Source of the DNA: Deltaproteobacteria bacterium
GTDB lineage: Bacteria > Myxococcota_A > UBA9160 > SMWR01
Assembly (NCBI GenBank): GCA_032128115.1
Contig: JAQBHB010000093.1
Span: 42,577 to 106,576 of the forward strand
Reading direction: 5' to 3'
Length of the DNA: 64,000 nt
Part shown: positions 37,840 to 46,175 of the stretch, in pieces
Position numbering within the stretch: the first letter of the stretch is position 1
Layout: every line of letters starts with the position of its first letter
Made by a program: the position numbers and the translations under genes
Notes under the pieces: generated by a model
Seen by the model: the letters and a program-made list of their open reading frames with translations, nothing else
What the model was told of the DNA's origin: nothing
The model's database searches: none

Positions 37840-38575
37840 TTGCTGCGCCTGCAGAAGATCCTGGCAGCGGCCGGTCTGGCCTCGCGGCGAGGCTGTGAAG
37901 ACCTGCTGCGCGAGGGTCGTGTCACCGTGAACGGGGCTCCCGCCTCGCTGGGGGAGTCTGCCGATCCGGAACGCGATGTGGTGGCCGTGGACGGCGTCGC
38001 CATTCACCCCGAGGCCCTGGAGTACTGGCTGCTGCACAAGCCGGCCGGTGTGCTGTCCACGGTGAGCGACCCCTTCGGGCGGGCACACGTGGTCGAGCTG
38101 GTTCCGCAGCGGAGTGGTCGCCTGTTTCCGGTGGGAAGACTCGATCTCGATACGGAGGGGTTGGTGCTGCTCACCAATGATGGCGCCCTGGCCCACCGGT
38201 TGCTGCACCCGTCCCACGAAGTGGAGCGGGAGTACCGGATCAGCCTGGCCGGGCGCGTGAACGGCCGCGATCTGCGGCCACTCGGTCACGGCCTGCTGCT
38301 CGACGACGGACCCATGGCGCCGGCGCGAGTGGGCCGAACACGGTACGACCCGGCCGCCGATCTCACGCACTTCCATCTGACGTTGATCGAGGGGCGAAAA
38401 CGCGAGATCCGGCGTGCGCTCGAGCAGCTGGGCCATCCGGTCGTCCGGCTGGTGCGCGTGCGCATGGGACCCCCTGGAGCTGGGGCAACTGGCGTCCGGC
38501 TGCGCGCGGCGCCTGTCGGCGGACGAACTCCGCGCCCTGGAATCCGCGGGCGCACGAGTGCACGCGGGTCTTTAG
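37840..38575 (+). pseudogene. rluB: Pseudouridine synthase RluB/RsuA family with an apparent +1 frameshift in a C5 run at 38470-38474
   Basis: It has an S4 domain (LQKILAAAGLASRRGCEDLLREGRVTVNG) and a catalytic VGRLDLDTEGLVLLTNDG. After RVRMGP the annotated frame turns into Arg/Gly/Pro junk and runs to 38781. Skipping one C restores LELGQLASGCARRLSADELRALESAGARVHAGL-stop (TAG 38573-38575), the canonical family C-terminus. The start is uncertain; TTG 37840 is proposed. Confidence 0.75.
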
Positions 38576-38683
38576 CCGCAACGTTTACCGGCGCATGCGC
38601 GCGCAGCTGCCCTCCCAAGTCCACGGGCTGCGAACCGAACTCCATCGAGACCTCGAAACGATCTGGGAAATCTCTCTATCCCA

Positions 38684-38713
38684 TTGAATTCGCGTATGTT
38701 TTCCATCTATCAT
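38684..38713 (+). promoter_or_regulatory. Sigma-70-like promoter candidate (TTGAAT - 18 nt - TATCAT) in a locally AT-rich patch
   Basis: Read directly: TTGAAT at 38684-38689 and TATCAT at 38708-38713. It lies upstream of the ATG codons at 38736 and 38745 of the secreted hypothetical protein. Confidence 0.3.
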
Positions 38714-38735
38714 GCGAGTTGGAAGTTCACCCGGA

Positions 38736-39620
38736 ATGGATCTCATGCAGCGCTGTGCAGCCCCCGGTTCTCTCCTGCTGATCGCGGGGCTCGTGCTCGT
38801 GTGGAGCGCGCCGGCCGCCGCGTCGAAATCGATCATCGGCATCTGCCCCGACGGCAGCATGTTCATCGTGAAGCGCGCGGATCTGATTCCGTGTCGCGAG
38901 GCGAAACTGGTGGAGCCGGACGAGGTTCCGCCGATCAAGGGCGAGTACCTGCCGCGACCCTACGCGTGGGAGATCTTCAACCGCCGAAACGATCCCAACA
39001 ATCCCTACAACCTGATCGATGCCGCCCGCCAGGCGCGCGCGGCGCGCGGTGAAGGCCCGCTCCCGGGAAGCCCCGTGGCGCCGGAGCCGATCGACGAGAC
39101 GCCTCAGGTCTCGTCCGCACCGCCGTCGCGGTCGGGGCCGTCCGCCGCTGGGGTGCGGGAGACCGCCAATCTGGCGCTGAGCGAGGACGATCTGCACAAC
39201 CTGACCTTGATCATCGACCTGGCTCAGCAACGGGCCCCGGCTTCCTTCGAGCGTCAGGGGAGCGACGGAGCGCCCGGTCTGGTGCTGCAGCTGGCGCGCT
39301 CCCAGGCGTTCGAAGCGGCCCTGGTGCAGGACTTCGCGGACCAGGGGAGTCGCGTGAGCGGTCCCGTCCTGCTGTTCGCCGCCACCGCCGCACAACCCCA
39401 GGCCTTCCACCCGAACCTCACGTTCGTCCAGGGACATAGGGCCTACCATCCGAACGCGGAGGATCCGAAGCAGCTGGGAATGCTGCGCGGAAGCCTTGCG
39501 CGGGTGACCCCCGAGCAGCCCGCACTGGGCTACGCGGTGCTCCCCGAGCACCTGGACCTCACGAATCCCATCGACATCTACTGGGACGACCAGCGCGTCA
39601 CCGCGACCCTGGTTCACTGA
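38736..39620 (+). CDS. Hypothetical secreted protein (no family recognised)
   Basis: MDLMQRCAAPGSLLLIAGLVLVWSAPAAAS signal peptide. It is followed by a two-Cys N-terminal module, a Pro/Ala-rich linker and a ~170-aa C-terminal domain. The longest ORF starts at 38712, but that ATG overlaps the candidate -10 box. Confidence 0.6.
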   Translation: MDLMQRCAAPGSLLLIAGLVLVWSAPAAASKSIIGICPDGSMFIVKRADLIPCREAKLVEPDEVPPIKGEYLPRPYAWEIFNRRNDPNNPYNLIDAARQARAARGEGPLPGSPVAPEPIDETPQVSSAPPSRSGPSAAGVRETANLALSEDDLHNLTLIIDLAQQRAPASFERQGSDGAPGLVLQLARSQAFEAALVQDFADQGSRVSGPVLLFAATAAQPQAFHPNLTFVQGHRAYHPNAEDPKQLGMLRGSLARVTPEQPALGYAVLPEHLDLTNPIDIYWDDQRVTATLVH

Positions 39621-39677
39621 ACGGCACGCGCCCCCGGCGCTTGCTGGCACGCGCCTCTGGCGCCTGCGGTCGGCGAA

Positions 39678-40196
39678 CTAGCGCGGATAGGTGAGATAGA
39701 CCTGCGTGTAGAGCAGGGAGCCGTCTGCCGCGCGCGAGATCCCGATGCCGGTCGCATTGAAGGAGGGAGCCAGCAGGTTGCGCCGATGGACGGGCGAGGC
39801 CAGCCAGCCCTGTAGGATCTCCCGGTTCGGTTCGGCCCGATCGGTGGATCCCAGGTTCTCCGCCGCCAGGCTGAACCCCGGAGCGGCTGCGGTGCGGATG
39901 CGGTCCACCGGGTCGAGCCCCTCGGGCGTGATGTGATCCAGGAACCCGCGACGGGCCATGTCGCGGCTGTGGGAGCGCGCCACGCCGTCGAGCTCGGGCC
40001 TGCGTTGCAGGGGAACCAGGTGATGCCGCGCCCTCTCCGCGTTCACGGCGCGATACAGGAACTCCTCGAGCTCTGCCACCTCCGGAGACGGATCGCTGCT
40101 CTCCGCGCTCACGAAGCCGCCGCCGAAGGGGGAGAGCCACAGGGCGAACCAGAAGCCCAGCACGAATCCGATCGCCTGGCCAATCGTCCGAGGCAC
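39678..40196 (-). CDS. CAP/SCP/PR1-like (YkwD-type) domain protein with N-terminal membrane anchor
   Basis: 172 aa. AVNAERARHHLVPLQRRPELDGVARSHSRDMARRGFLDHITPEG ... AENLG ... GWLASPVHRRNLL ... TGIGI matches the bacterial CAP-domain pattern. Its start is 3 nt after the upstream lipoprotein stop. Confidence 0.8.
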   Translation of the reverse strand: MPRTIGQAIGFVLGFWFALWLSPFGGGFVSAESSDPSPEVAELEEFLYRAVNAERARHHLVPLQRRPELDGVARSHSRDMARRGFLDHITPEGLDPVDRIRTAAAPGFSLAAENLGSTDRAEPNREILQGWLASPVHRRNLLAPSFNATGIGISRAADGSLLYTQVYLTYPR

Positions 40197-40199
40197 GAT

Positions 40200-41618
40200 C
40201 TAGCGCTCCGAGGATCCGGAGCGGCTCCCGCCCAGGGCGGACGGATCCAGCAGCTCGCGCCGGGCGAGCTTGCCCGACTCGTAGTGGGAGATCAGGTCGA
40301 TCGCGCCGTCGCCGTTGCGATCTTCTTCCTTGCGCGTGACGCGTCCCCGGTCGTCGTAATAGAGGATCGCGTCGGTGCTCCCGTCGGCATCCTCGTCGAG
40401 TTCTTCGCGCTCGAGGAGGCCACCGCGATAGAAGCCGACACGGTTCCGGAAACCATCAGCGGTGGTGTCGCGCTCGTGGCGTGTGATCTCGCCGTTCGAG
40501 TAGAAGCTCCAGGTGTCCACCTGTCCGTCGCCATCGGCGTCCGCGCGCCGCCGGATGACCGAGCCGTCGCGATAGTCGGTCCACGAATCCGGCGAGCCGT
40601 CATGATTCGCGTCCTCTTCGATGCTGCTCACCCGGTGGCTCTGCGGGTCGTAGACGATGCCGCGGTCCGGGCGGCCGTCGGCGTTCTCGTCGAAGGTCTC
40701 GCGCACGATTTCGCCCTGCTCGCGATAGATCCAGTGATCGATGTGTCCGTCCCCGTCGCGGTCGATGATGCCATGGGCCGGCGCGGGCGACGTCGCGTTC
40801 CCAGGGGTCCGCGGTACGGATGCGTTCAGGGTCGACGGGGTGGCAGGGGCGGTCGTCCGCGGCGCGGGCGTCGACACGGGCGTGCGCTGCATGGCGTCCA
40901 GTTCTTCGGCGATCGAGAAGCGGGGCCGCGATCCCGCGCCGGGGGTCACCGCCGCAGTACGCGTCGCCGGCGCCCCGGTGGCGCCCGCCTGTTGCGTCTC
41001 CCGATCTTCCAGCTCGCGCGCAAGGTCCTGGAGTTGGGACGATTCGTAGTCGGGCAGGGCCTGCGCGCGCACCGGCCGGGCGGGAGCCGTGGTGGCGCGG
41101 GGCACCTCGGGGCCCGGCTCGCGGTCGTCGCGCATGGCTTCCGCGGCGGCCTTGAACGGCGCTGCGGCCAGCGCGAAGGGCAGGGCCACGTATTTGTACC
41201 AGATGGGTTCCTCGCGGTATTCCACGTGGCGCTGTTCGTCCTGTTGGGCGCCGCCGATCATGGTGATGTTCCCGGTGCCCGCAGGCACATGGGACGACTG
41301 GCCGGTCCAGCGGCCGGGCTCGCCGGACGAGGACGTGGTGCTCCCGCTGCCCGATTGCGTGGACGCTCCGGAGCCCCGTTCGGGGGGGGCCTGACCGGGC
41401 GCCCCCTGACCGGGCGGCCCCTGACCGGGCGCCCCCGGACGCCTCGGCTCGCCAGGCATGGGCGGCGACTCGCCCGGCATGAGGATGGTGGCCCCGGCGC
41501 CCGTGTTGACGATCGGGGTCCGGTCGATGTCGCCGACACCGCGGCCGAACGAGAAGCAGCCCACGAGTGTCGCGGCGGACACGATCAGGAATACCTGGGA
41601 TCTTCCAGTTGTGGTCAT
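40200..41618 (-). CDS. Lipoprotein with low-complexity Pro/Gly/Thr linkers and seven C-terminal ~24-aa DxDxDG-type (Ca-binding-like) repeats
   Basis: MTTTGRSQVFLIVSAATLVGC carries a lipobox. The C-terminal repeats are DRDGDGHIDHWIY, DENADGRPDRGIVY, DANHDGSPDSWTDY, DADGDGQVDTWSFY, DTTADGFRNRVGFY, DEDADGSTDAILYY and DRNGDGAIDLISHY. The start was chosen at M18 of the 489-aa ORF. Confidence 0.65.
   Translation of the reverse strand: MTTTGRSQVFLIVSAATLVGCFSFGRGVGDIDRTPIVNTGAGATILMPGESPPMPGEPRRPGAPGQGPPGQGAPGQAPPERGSGASTQSGSGSTTSSSGEPGRWTGQSSHVPAGTGNITMIGGAQQDEQRHVEYREEPIWYKYVALPFALAAAPFKAAAEAMRDDREPGPEVPRATTAPARPVRAQALPDYESSQLQDLARELEDRETQQAGATGAPATRTAAVTPGAGSRPRFSIAEELDAMQRTPVSTPAPRTTAPATPSTLNASVPRTPGNATSPAPAHGIIDRDGDGHIDHWIYREQGEIVRETFDENADGRPDRGIVYDPQSHRVSSIEEDANHDGSPDSWTDYRDGSVIRRRADADGDGQVDTWSFYSNGEITRHERDTTADGFRNRVGFYRGGLLEREELDEDADGSTDAILYYDDRGRVTRKEEDRNGDGAIDLISHYESGKLARRELLDPSALGGSRSGSSER
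41389..41433. repeat. 3 x 15-bp in-frame tandem repeat inside the lipoprotein gene (encodes GAPGQ/GPPGQ/GAPGQ)
   Basis: Read directly: GCCTGACCGGGCGCC, CCCTGACCGGGCGGC and CCCTGACCGGGCGCC. Confidence 0.9.
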
Positions 41619-41749
41619 TGCAAACCCCCGGGCCGTGGGGCTGCAAGAAACGTGCGATCGGGCGCGCATGCCCGGATTCCCGACTCCCCGCCGGGAGATG
41701 GAGCGAACGCCTGCCGCCGGCTTGCGTGCGGACGAGAGCGGCCCGAAGG

Positions 41750-41782
41750 GAAGCCAGTTGCCCAGATCGGGTAGCTGGCTTC
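41750..41782 (-). terminator. Strong GC-rich hairpin overlapping the DUF368 stop codon (no U-tract)
   Basis: GAAGCCAG (41750-41757) pairs with CTGGCTTC (41775-41782). Roughly six further inner pairs, including G-U pairs, enclose a 5-nt loop. It sits between the DUF368 gene and the downstream lipoprotein gene. Confidence 0.3.
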
Positions 41783-42836
41783 AGCCGCCGCCGTCGTCGC
41801 TGGCGGCCTCCGGGGTGCTCTCGTGACCCAGGCGACCGATCACCAGGGTGGCCCCGAAGCCCGCCAGCACCAGGGCCAACGAGGACCCCACCTGGCCCGC
41901 GCTCGGTCTGAAGGGCTCGACGGGCCAGTACTTGGGGGCGATGTCGGGGGCGTTTGCGGCCGTGACGATGCGACCGCGCACGCTTTCCCCCACCGCTGGC
42001 GGGCGGCCCTCCTGGAAGGGCCACAGACCCACCACAGCGCCGAACAGCAGACCCAGCAGGGCACCCAGCGTGGCCTTGGCGTACCGGTCCAGGAGCCAGC
42101 GAACCAGGTTGCTGACGCCCACGACGCCGACCACGACGCCCACGCCCACGGGAAACAGCTGCACGGACGCAGTGAGAATTGCCGGAATCTCCGGTGCAAA
42201 GCCTGCGCCCGAGGCTCCCACGAGTCCGAGTCGCAGGTTCTCGATCGTGCCCAGGATCGGCTCGTACTGTCCGAGCAACAGCAGCAGGTAACCGCCGCTC
42301 ACCCCAGGCAGGATCATGGCCGCGGATCCCAGGAGTCCGGCCGCGAAGAAGAGCAGGGCGTCGGGCTCTCCATCGACCGTTCCGCTCTCCCCCAGGAGTG
42401 CCATCGCGGCGAGCGGCACGAAGGCCAACACGGCGCCCACGACGATCGCCGGTGAAAGGGGCCGCGCCATGCGCCACACCAGGGGAACCCCGCCCAGGGT
42501 GAGCCCGATGAACAGGCTGTACATGACCCAGCGCTGGGTCTCCACCAGGCCCTTGACGGTGCCCGCGAGCGTCACGATGCCGAGCCCAGCGGCGGCGGCG
42601 ATCGTCGCCAGTAGCACCAGGGATGCGGTTCGGAAGCGCAGGTTGGTGATCTCGGCGATGGCGCCGATGAATCGCGGGTAGACGCCCATGGCGAGCAGCA
42701 TGGTGCCGCCGCTGATTCCGGGCACCAGGTTCGCAAGCCCCATGAGGGTGCCTCCCGCCACCGCTCGCAACGAGAGTGCAGCGAGGATCCTCGCGGCCAG
42801 GGAGCCCTCATCGCCTGCGGGTTCCGCTTCGAACAT
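41781..42836 (-). CDS. DUF368-family membrane protein (family recently assigned as undecaprenyl-phosphate translocase, PopT-type)
   Basis: It has two internal repeats with the hallmark motifs ANLVPGISGGTMLLAMG and MILPGVSGGYLLLLLG. The likely start is MFEAEP at 42836; the upstream 92 codons of the longest ORF are non-membrane junk. Confidence 0.8.
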   Translation of the reverse strand: MFEAEPAGDEGSLAARILAALSLRAVAGGTLMGLANLVPGISGGTMLLAMGVYPRFIGAIAEITNLRFRTASLVLLATIAAAAGLGIVTLAGTVKGLVETQRWVMYSLFIGLTLGGVPLVWRMARPLSPAIVVGAVLAFVPLAAMALLGESGTVDGEPDALLFFAAGLLGSAAMILPGVSGGYLLLLLGQYEPILGTIENLRLGLVGASGAGFAPEIPAILTASVQLFPVGVGVVVGVVGVSNLVRWLLDRYAKATLGALLGLLFGAVVGLWPFQEGRPPAVGESVRGRIVTAANAPDIAPKYWPVEPFRPSAGQVGSSLALVLAGFGATLVIGRLGHESTPEAASDDGGG

Positions 42837-42888
42837 GTTCTGCTCCCGGACGAAGACGCGGTACTGTAGCAGCAGGAACTCGACTGCC

Positions 42889-43566
42889 GTGTGTGGACGC
42901 TTCACGCTCACCTCGACGCCTGAGCTGTTGGCGCGCCGCTTCGGTCTCGGAGAGGCGCCCGCCGGACTGGTCCCGCGATTCAACATCGCTCCCAGCCAGG
43001 ACGTGGCGACGATCCGCGCCCGGGAGAACGGGACGCGGGTTCTCGAGATGCGCCGTTGGGGTCTGGTGCCCTCGTGGGCTCGGGATCCGAAGATCGGAAA
43101 TCGCATGATCAACGCCCGCTCGGAGACGGTGTCCGAGAAGCCGGCCTTCCGCGAGGCCTATCGGAGCCAGCGTTGCCTGGTGCCGGCCGACGGTTTCTAC
43201 GAGTGGGCGGCGGGCAAGAGTCCGCGCCAGCCGTACCACATCGGGCTGGCGGACGGCGGCCCGTTCGCCATCGCCGCTCTGTGGGAACGCTGGTCTCACG
43301 GCGACACCGACCCGATCGATTCGTGCACCCTGCTCACCACCCGTGCCAACGCGCGCCTGACGGCGGTGCACGACCGCATGCCCGTGATTCTCGACCCTGC
43401 AGACCATGCGCTGTGGCTCGATCCCAGTGTGCGAGGAGGGGAGCCGCTGCACGCGCTGCTGCGGCCGCTGGCCGACGATCGCATTGCGATCCAGCCGGTG
43501 AGCCGGCACGTGAACGACCCCCGTCACGACGATCCGGAATGCGTGGCCCCCGCGGCCACACCCTGA
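42889..43566 (+). CDS. SOS response-associated peptidase (SRAP/YedK) abasic-site processing protein
   Basis: A GTG followed directly by TGT gives the obligatory N-terminal (M)CGRF. NIAPSQ, RWGLVPSWA, NARSET and VPADGFYEW motifs. Confidence 0.88.
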   Translation: MCGRFTLTSTPELLARRFGLGEAPAGLVPRFNIAPSQDVATIRARENGTRVLEMRRWGLVPSWARDPKIGNRMINARSETVSEKPAFREAYRSQRCLVPADGFYEWAAGKSPRQPYHIGLADGGPFAIAALWERWSHGDTDPIDSCTLLTTRANARLTAVHDRMPVILDPADHALWLDPSVRGGEPLHALLRPLADDRIAIQPVSRHVNDPRHDDPECVAPAATP

Positions 43567-43571
43567 ACCCT

Positions 43572-43799
43572 GTGCGCCGCTGTGTGCGACGCGTGCTGCT
43601 CGGCCTGGTCGCCGGGCTCTATCTGCTGTCGATTCCCTGGTATCGGGAGTCCGGGGCCTCTGCTCCCCTGGTGTTCGGCCTGCCCGACTGGGTGGCCGTG
43701 GCCCTTGGCTGCTACGTGGCGGTCGCCATCCTCAACTCCATCGCCTGGCTTCTCACCGACGTGCAGGACCCGGAAGATCCCGGGGGTGACGCCGCGTGA
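43572..43799 (+). CDS. DUF3311-like small membrane protein (accessory subunit of the adjacent symporter)
   Basis: About 75 aa. It has two TM helices (VLLGLVAGLYLLSIPWY and LPDWVAVALGCYVAVAILNSIAWLL). Its stop overlaps the symporter GTG (GTGA). This is the typical small-ORF-plus-SSS gene pair. Confidence 0.6.
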   Translation: MRRCVRRVLLGLVAGLYLLSIPWYRESGASAPLVFGLPDWVAVALGCYVAVAILNSIAWLLTDVQDPEDPGGDAA

Positions 43800-45313
43800 G
43801 CTTTGACGAGCTCGGGGTGGTGGGCCTGGGCATCTACCTGCTGGCCCTTCTGGCGGTGGCCGAGGTGGCGAGGCGGGCGCGCCGGGATGCATCGCCCGCC
43901 GATCACTTCCTGGCGGGCCGCGACCTGGGCGTGTTCGTGCTGTTCCTCACGCTCTACGCCACGGCCTACAGCGGGAATTCGCTGCTCGGGTATCCGGGCG
44001 AGGCGTATCGCCGGGGCTTCTCGTGGATCATGGCCACCGGGTTCATGATGTCCATCATCGTGGTGTTCCACCTGCTGGTGCCGCGCCTGCGTCCGCTGGC
44101 GGTGGCCTTCGAGTTCGTGAGTCCGGGCGACTGGGTGCGCCACCGTTTCGGCGCCGATCGTGGCGGGCGGGCGCTGCTGCTGGGTGTAGGCCTGTTGATG
44201 ACCGTGGCGCTGGCAAACTTCCTGTTCGCCCAGCTCAAGGCCATGGGCGTGATGGCGGCGCAGGTCACCGGGGGCATCGTCAGCTACGAGGTGGGCGTTG
44301 CGCTGCTGGCCGGGACGGTCCTCTTCTACGAGACGCTCGGCGGCATGCGAGCCGTGGCCTGGACCGACGCCGCCCAGGCCCTGCTCATGATGGTGGGTCT
44401 CTCCATCCTGCTGGTCTGGCTGTTGGGAGTCTCCGGTGGGCTGGGGGAGATGACCCTGGCGATCCTCGAATCGCGGCCGGACGCGGCGGCGGTTCCGGAC
44501 GCGGTCGAGTGCGCCAACTGGGCCAGCACGATCCTGCTGATGGGATTGGCCAGTGTGGTGTACCCCCAGGCCATCCAGCGCATCTACGCGGCGCGCAGTG
44601 GCCGCAGCCTGCGGCAATCGTTCGCGCTGATGACGTTCATGCCGCTGGGCACCACGCTGGTGGTGACACTGATCGGCCTCGCGGCCATTCCCCGCTTTCA
44701 CGACCTGGGCGGCGTGGAAGCGGATCGCGTCATGCCGCTGCTGCTCGGAGAGTGGGCTGCCTCGGGCCCACTCGCATCGGTTGCGGCGTTGCTGGTGCTG
44801 TTGGGCGCGGTTGCCGCCATCATGTCGACCGCTGACTCGGTGCTGCTGTCCCTGGGCTCCCAGGTGGTTCGGGACGTGATGGGCCGTTCCCACCGTGCGG
44901 ACTCGACGACGCGCCTGGGCAAGCGCATCGCGGTGGGAGTGATGATTGCCATGGCGGCCCTGGCCATGGCCGCCCGCAACATCTCCCTGTGGGGACTCAT
45001 CGAACTCAAGATGGAGCTGTTGGTCCAGTGCGTTCCGGCATTTCTGATCGCCGCTCACTGGTCCCGCTTGCGCGCTCGCCCCACCCTGCTGGGCCTCGTC
45101 GTGGGAAGCCTGATTGCCATCGCGGGGGTATTCCTGGACGTGAAGCGGATCGGCGGCGTTCACACGGGCGTGATCGGTCTTGCCGTCAACACCGCCATCG
45201 CCACGCTGGGCTCCCTGCTCTCGTCCGCCCCGCACTCGTCCGCCCCGCAGACTTCGGCTGCCCCGCCTACAAGGTGGCGAGCGGCTCAGTCGGGCCAGCC
45301 GTCCACGAGCTGA
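43796..45313 (+). CDS. Sodium:solute symporter (SSS) family transporter
   Basis: 505 aa polytopic protein. FLAGRDLG near the N-terminus and TAYSGNSLLGYPGEAY are typical of the SSS family. Confidence 0.85.
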   Translation: MSFDELGVVGLGIYLLALLAVAEVARRARRDASPADHFLAGRDLGVFVLFLTLYATAYSGNSLLGYPGEAYRRGFSWIMATGFMMSIIVVFHLLVPRLRPLAVAFEFVSPGDWVRHRFGADRGGRALLLGVGLLMTVALANFLFAQLKAMGVMAAQVTGGIVSYEVGVALLAGTVLFYETLGGMRAVAWTDAAQALLMMVGLSILLVWLLGVSGGLGEMTLAILESRPDAAAVPDAVECANWASTILLMGLASVVYPQAIQRIYAARSGRSLRQSFALMTFMPLGTTLVVTLIGLAAIPRFHDLGGVEADRVMPLLLGEWAASGPLASVAALLVLLGAVAAIMSTADSVLLSLGSQVVRDVMGRSHRADSTTRLGKRIAVGVMIAMAALAMAARNISLWGLIELKMELLVQCVPAFLIAAHWSRLRARPTLLGLVVGSLIAIAGVFLDVKRIGGVHTGVIGLAVNTAIATLGSLLSSAPHSSAPQTSAAPPTRWRAAQSGQPSTS

Positions 45314-46125
45314 AGCTCTGCGCACAGCTTCTGGGCGTGCACGGTCGACCCGTTCAGGGCGGCGGCCTCCGGAGACGCCGCCAGCCACGCCACGACCGAG
45401 CCCGGAACTCGCGGCGGCGCGCCGCGCAGCTTCTCGAATCCCTGTTCCTCCAGCGTCAGCTCCATCATCTCGGTGATCACGAATCCCGGGTCCAGATTGA
45501 AGAAGGTCACGCCCGAATCCGCGTGCTCCACCGCCAGCACACCCACCATGCGGTGGAAGGCGCCCTTGGACGCGGCGTAACCCAGGCCCCAGCCTCCCTC
45601 ACCGGCGGGGGCCGGCGGGTCGGCGCAGGCGACATGGGAGGTCAGGTTGATGATGGCGCCTCGACCCCTTTCCAACATGCCGGGAAGCACGAGTTGCGTG
45701 AGCTGAAGCTGCGACAGCACGTTCGCCCGCAGGATGCGTTCGGCCACCGGGAGAGGCAGGTCCAGTGTGCGGTCCATGCTTCCCGGGCCGGTGTAGACCG
45801 CGTTGTTGACCAACACGTCCACATGCCCCCAGGTGTCCAGGGCCCGACTCACGGCCGCCACCAAGGAGTCGGGCTCCAGCAGATCGAGGGTCAACACCAG
45901 GGCTTCGCGACCGCACTCGCGCACGTCGCGCGCCGTGGTTTCCAGGCTGCCCGGAACCGGACGGGTGTCGCTGCGCTTGACCGTTGCGGAGTGTTCGCGT
46001 TGCTCGCCCTCGCGCAGGGTCCGCGCCGTCACCACCACATCGAAGCCCGCGCGGGCAAGGGCCACGGCGCTCGCCTTGCCAATCCCGCGACTGGCGCCGG
46101 TGACGAACGCGATCCGGCGATCCAT
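45286..46125 (-). CDS. SDR-family oxidoreductase
   Basis: MDRRIAFVTGASRGIGKA (TGxxxGxG), NNAV and YAASK catalytic motifs. The start at 46125 was chosen because the 923-aa ORF in the track is an upstream shadow extension. Confidence 0.85.
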   Translation of the reverse strand: MDRRIAFVTGASRGIGKASAVALARAGFDVVVTARTLREGEQREHSATVKRSDTRPVPGSLETTARDVRECGREALVLTLDLLEPDSLVAAVSRALDTWGHVDVLVNNAVYTGPGSMDRTLDLPLPVAERILRANVLSQLQLTQLVLPGMLERGRGAIINLTSHVACADPPAPAGEGGWGLGYAASKGAFHRMVGVLAVEHADSGVTFFNLDPGFVITEMMELTLEEQGFEKLRGAPPRVPGSVVAWLAASPEAAALNGSTVHAQKLCAELQLVDGWPD

Positions 46126-46175
46126 GGCTCCCCTCCCCGCGACTGGCGACGGATCAGGGTACACGGATCGCGACG

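Noticed and set aside
43582-43806. 74-aa plus-strand ORF (MCDACCSAWSPGS...) as the small gene upstream of the symporter
   Set aside because: It is Cys/Pro/Trp-rich with no TM helices. The alternative frame (43572..43799) encodes a two-TM peptide whose stop overlaps the symporter start, consistent with the DUF3311 + SSS pairing.
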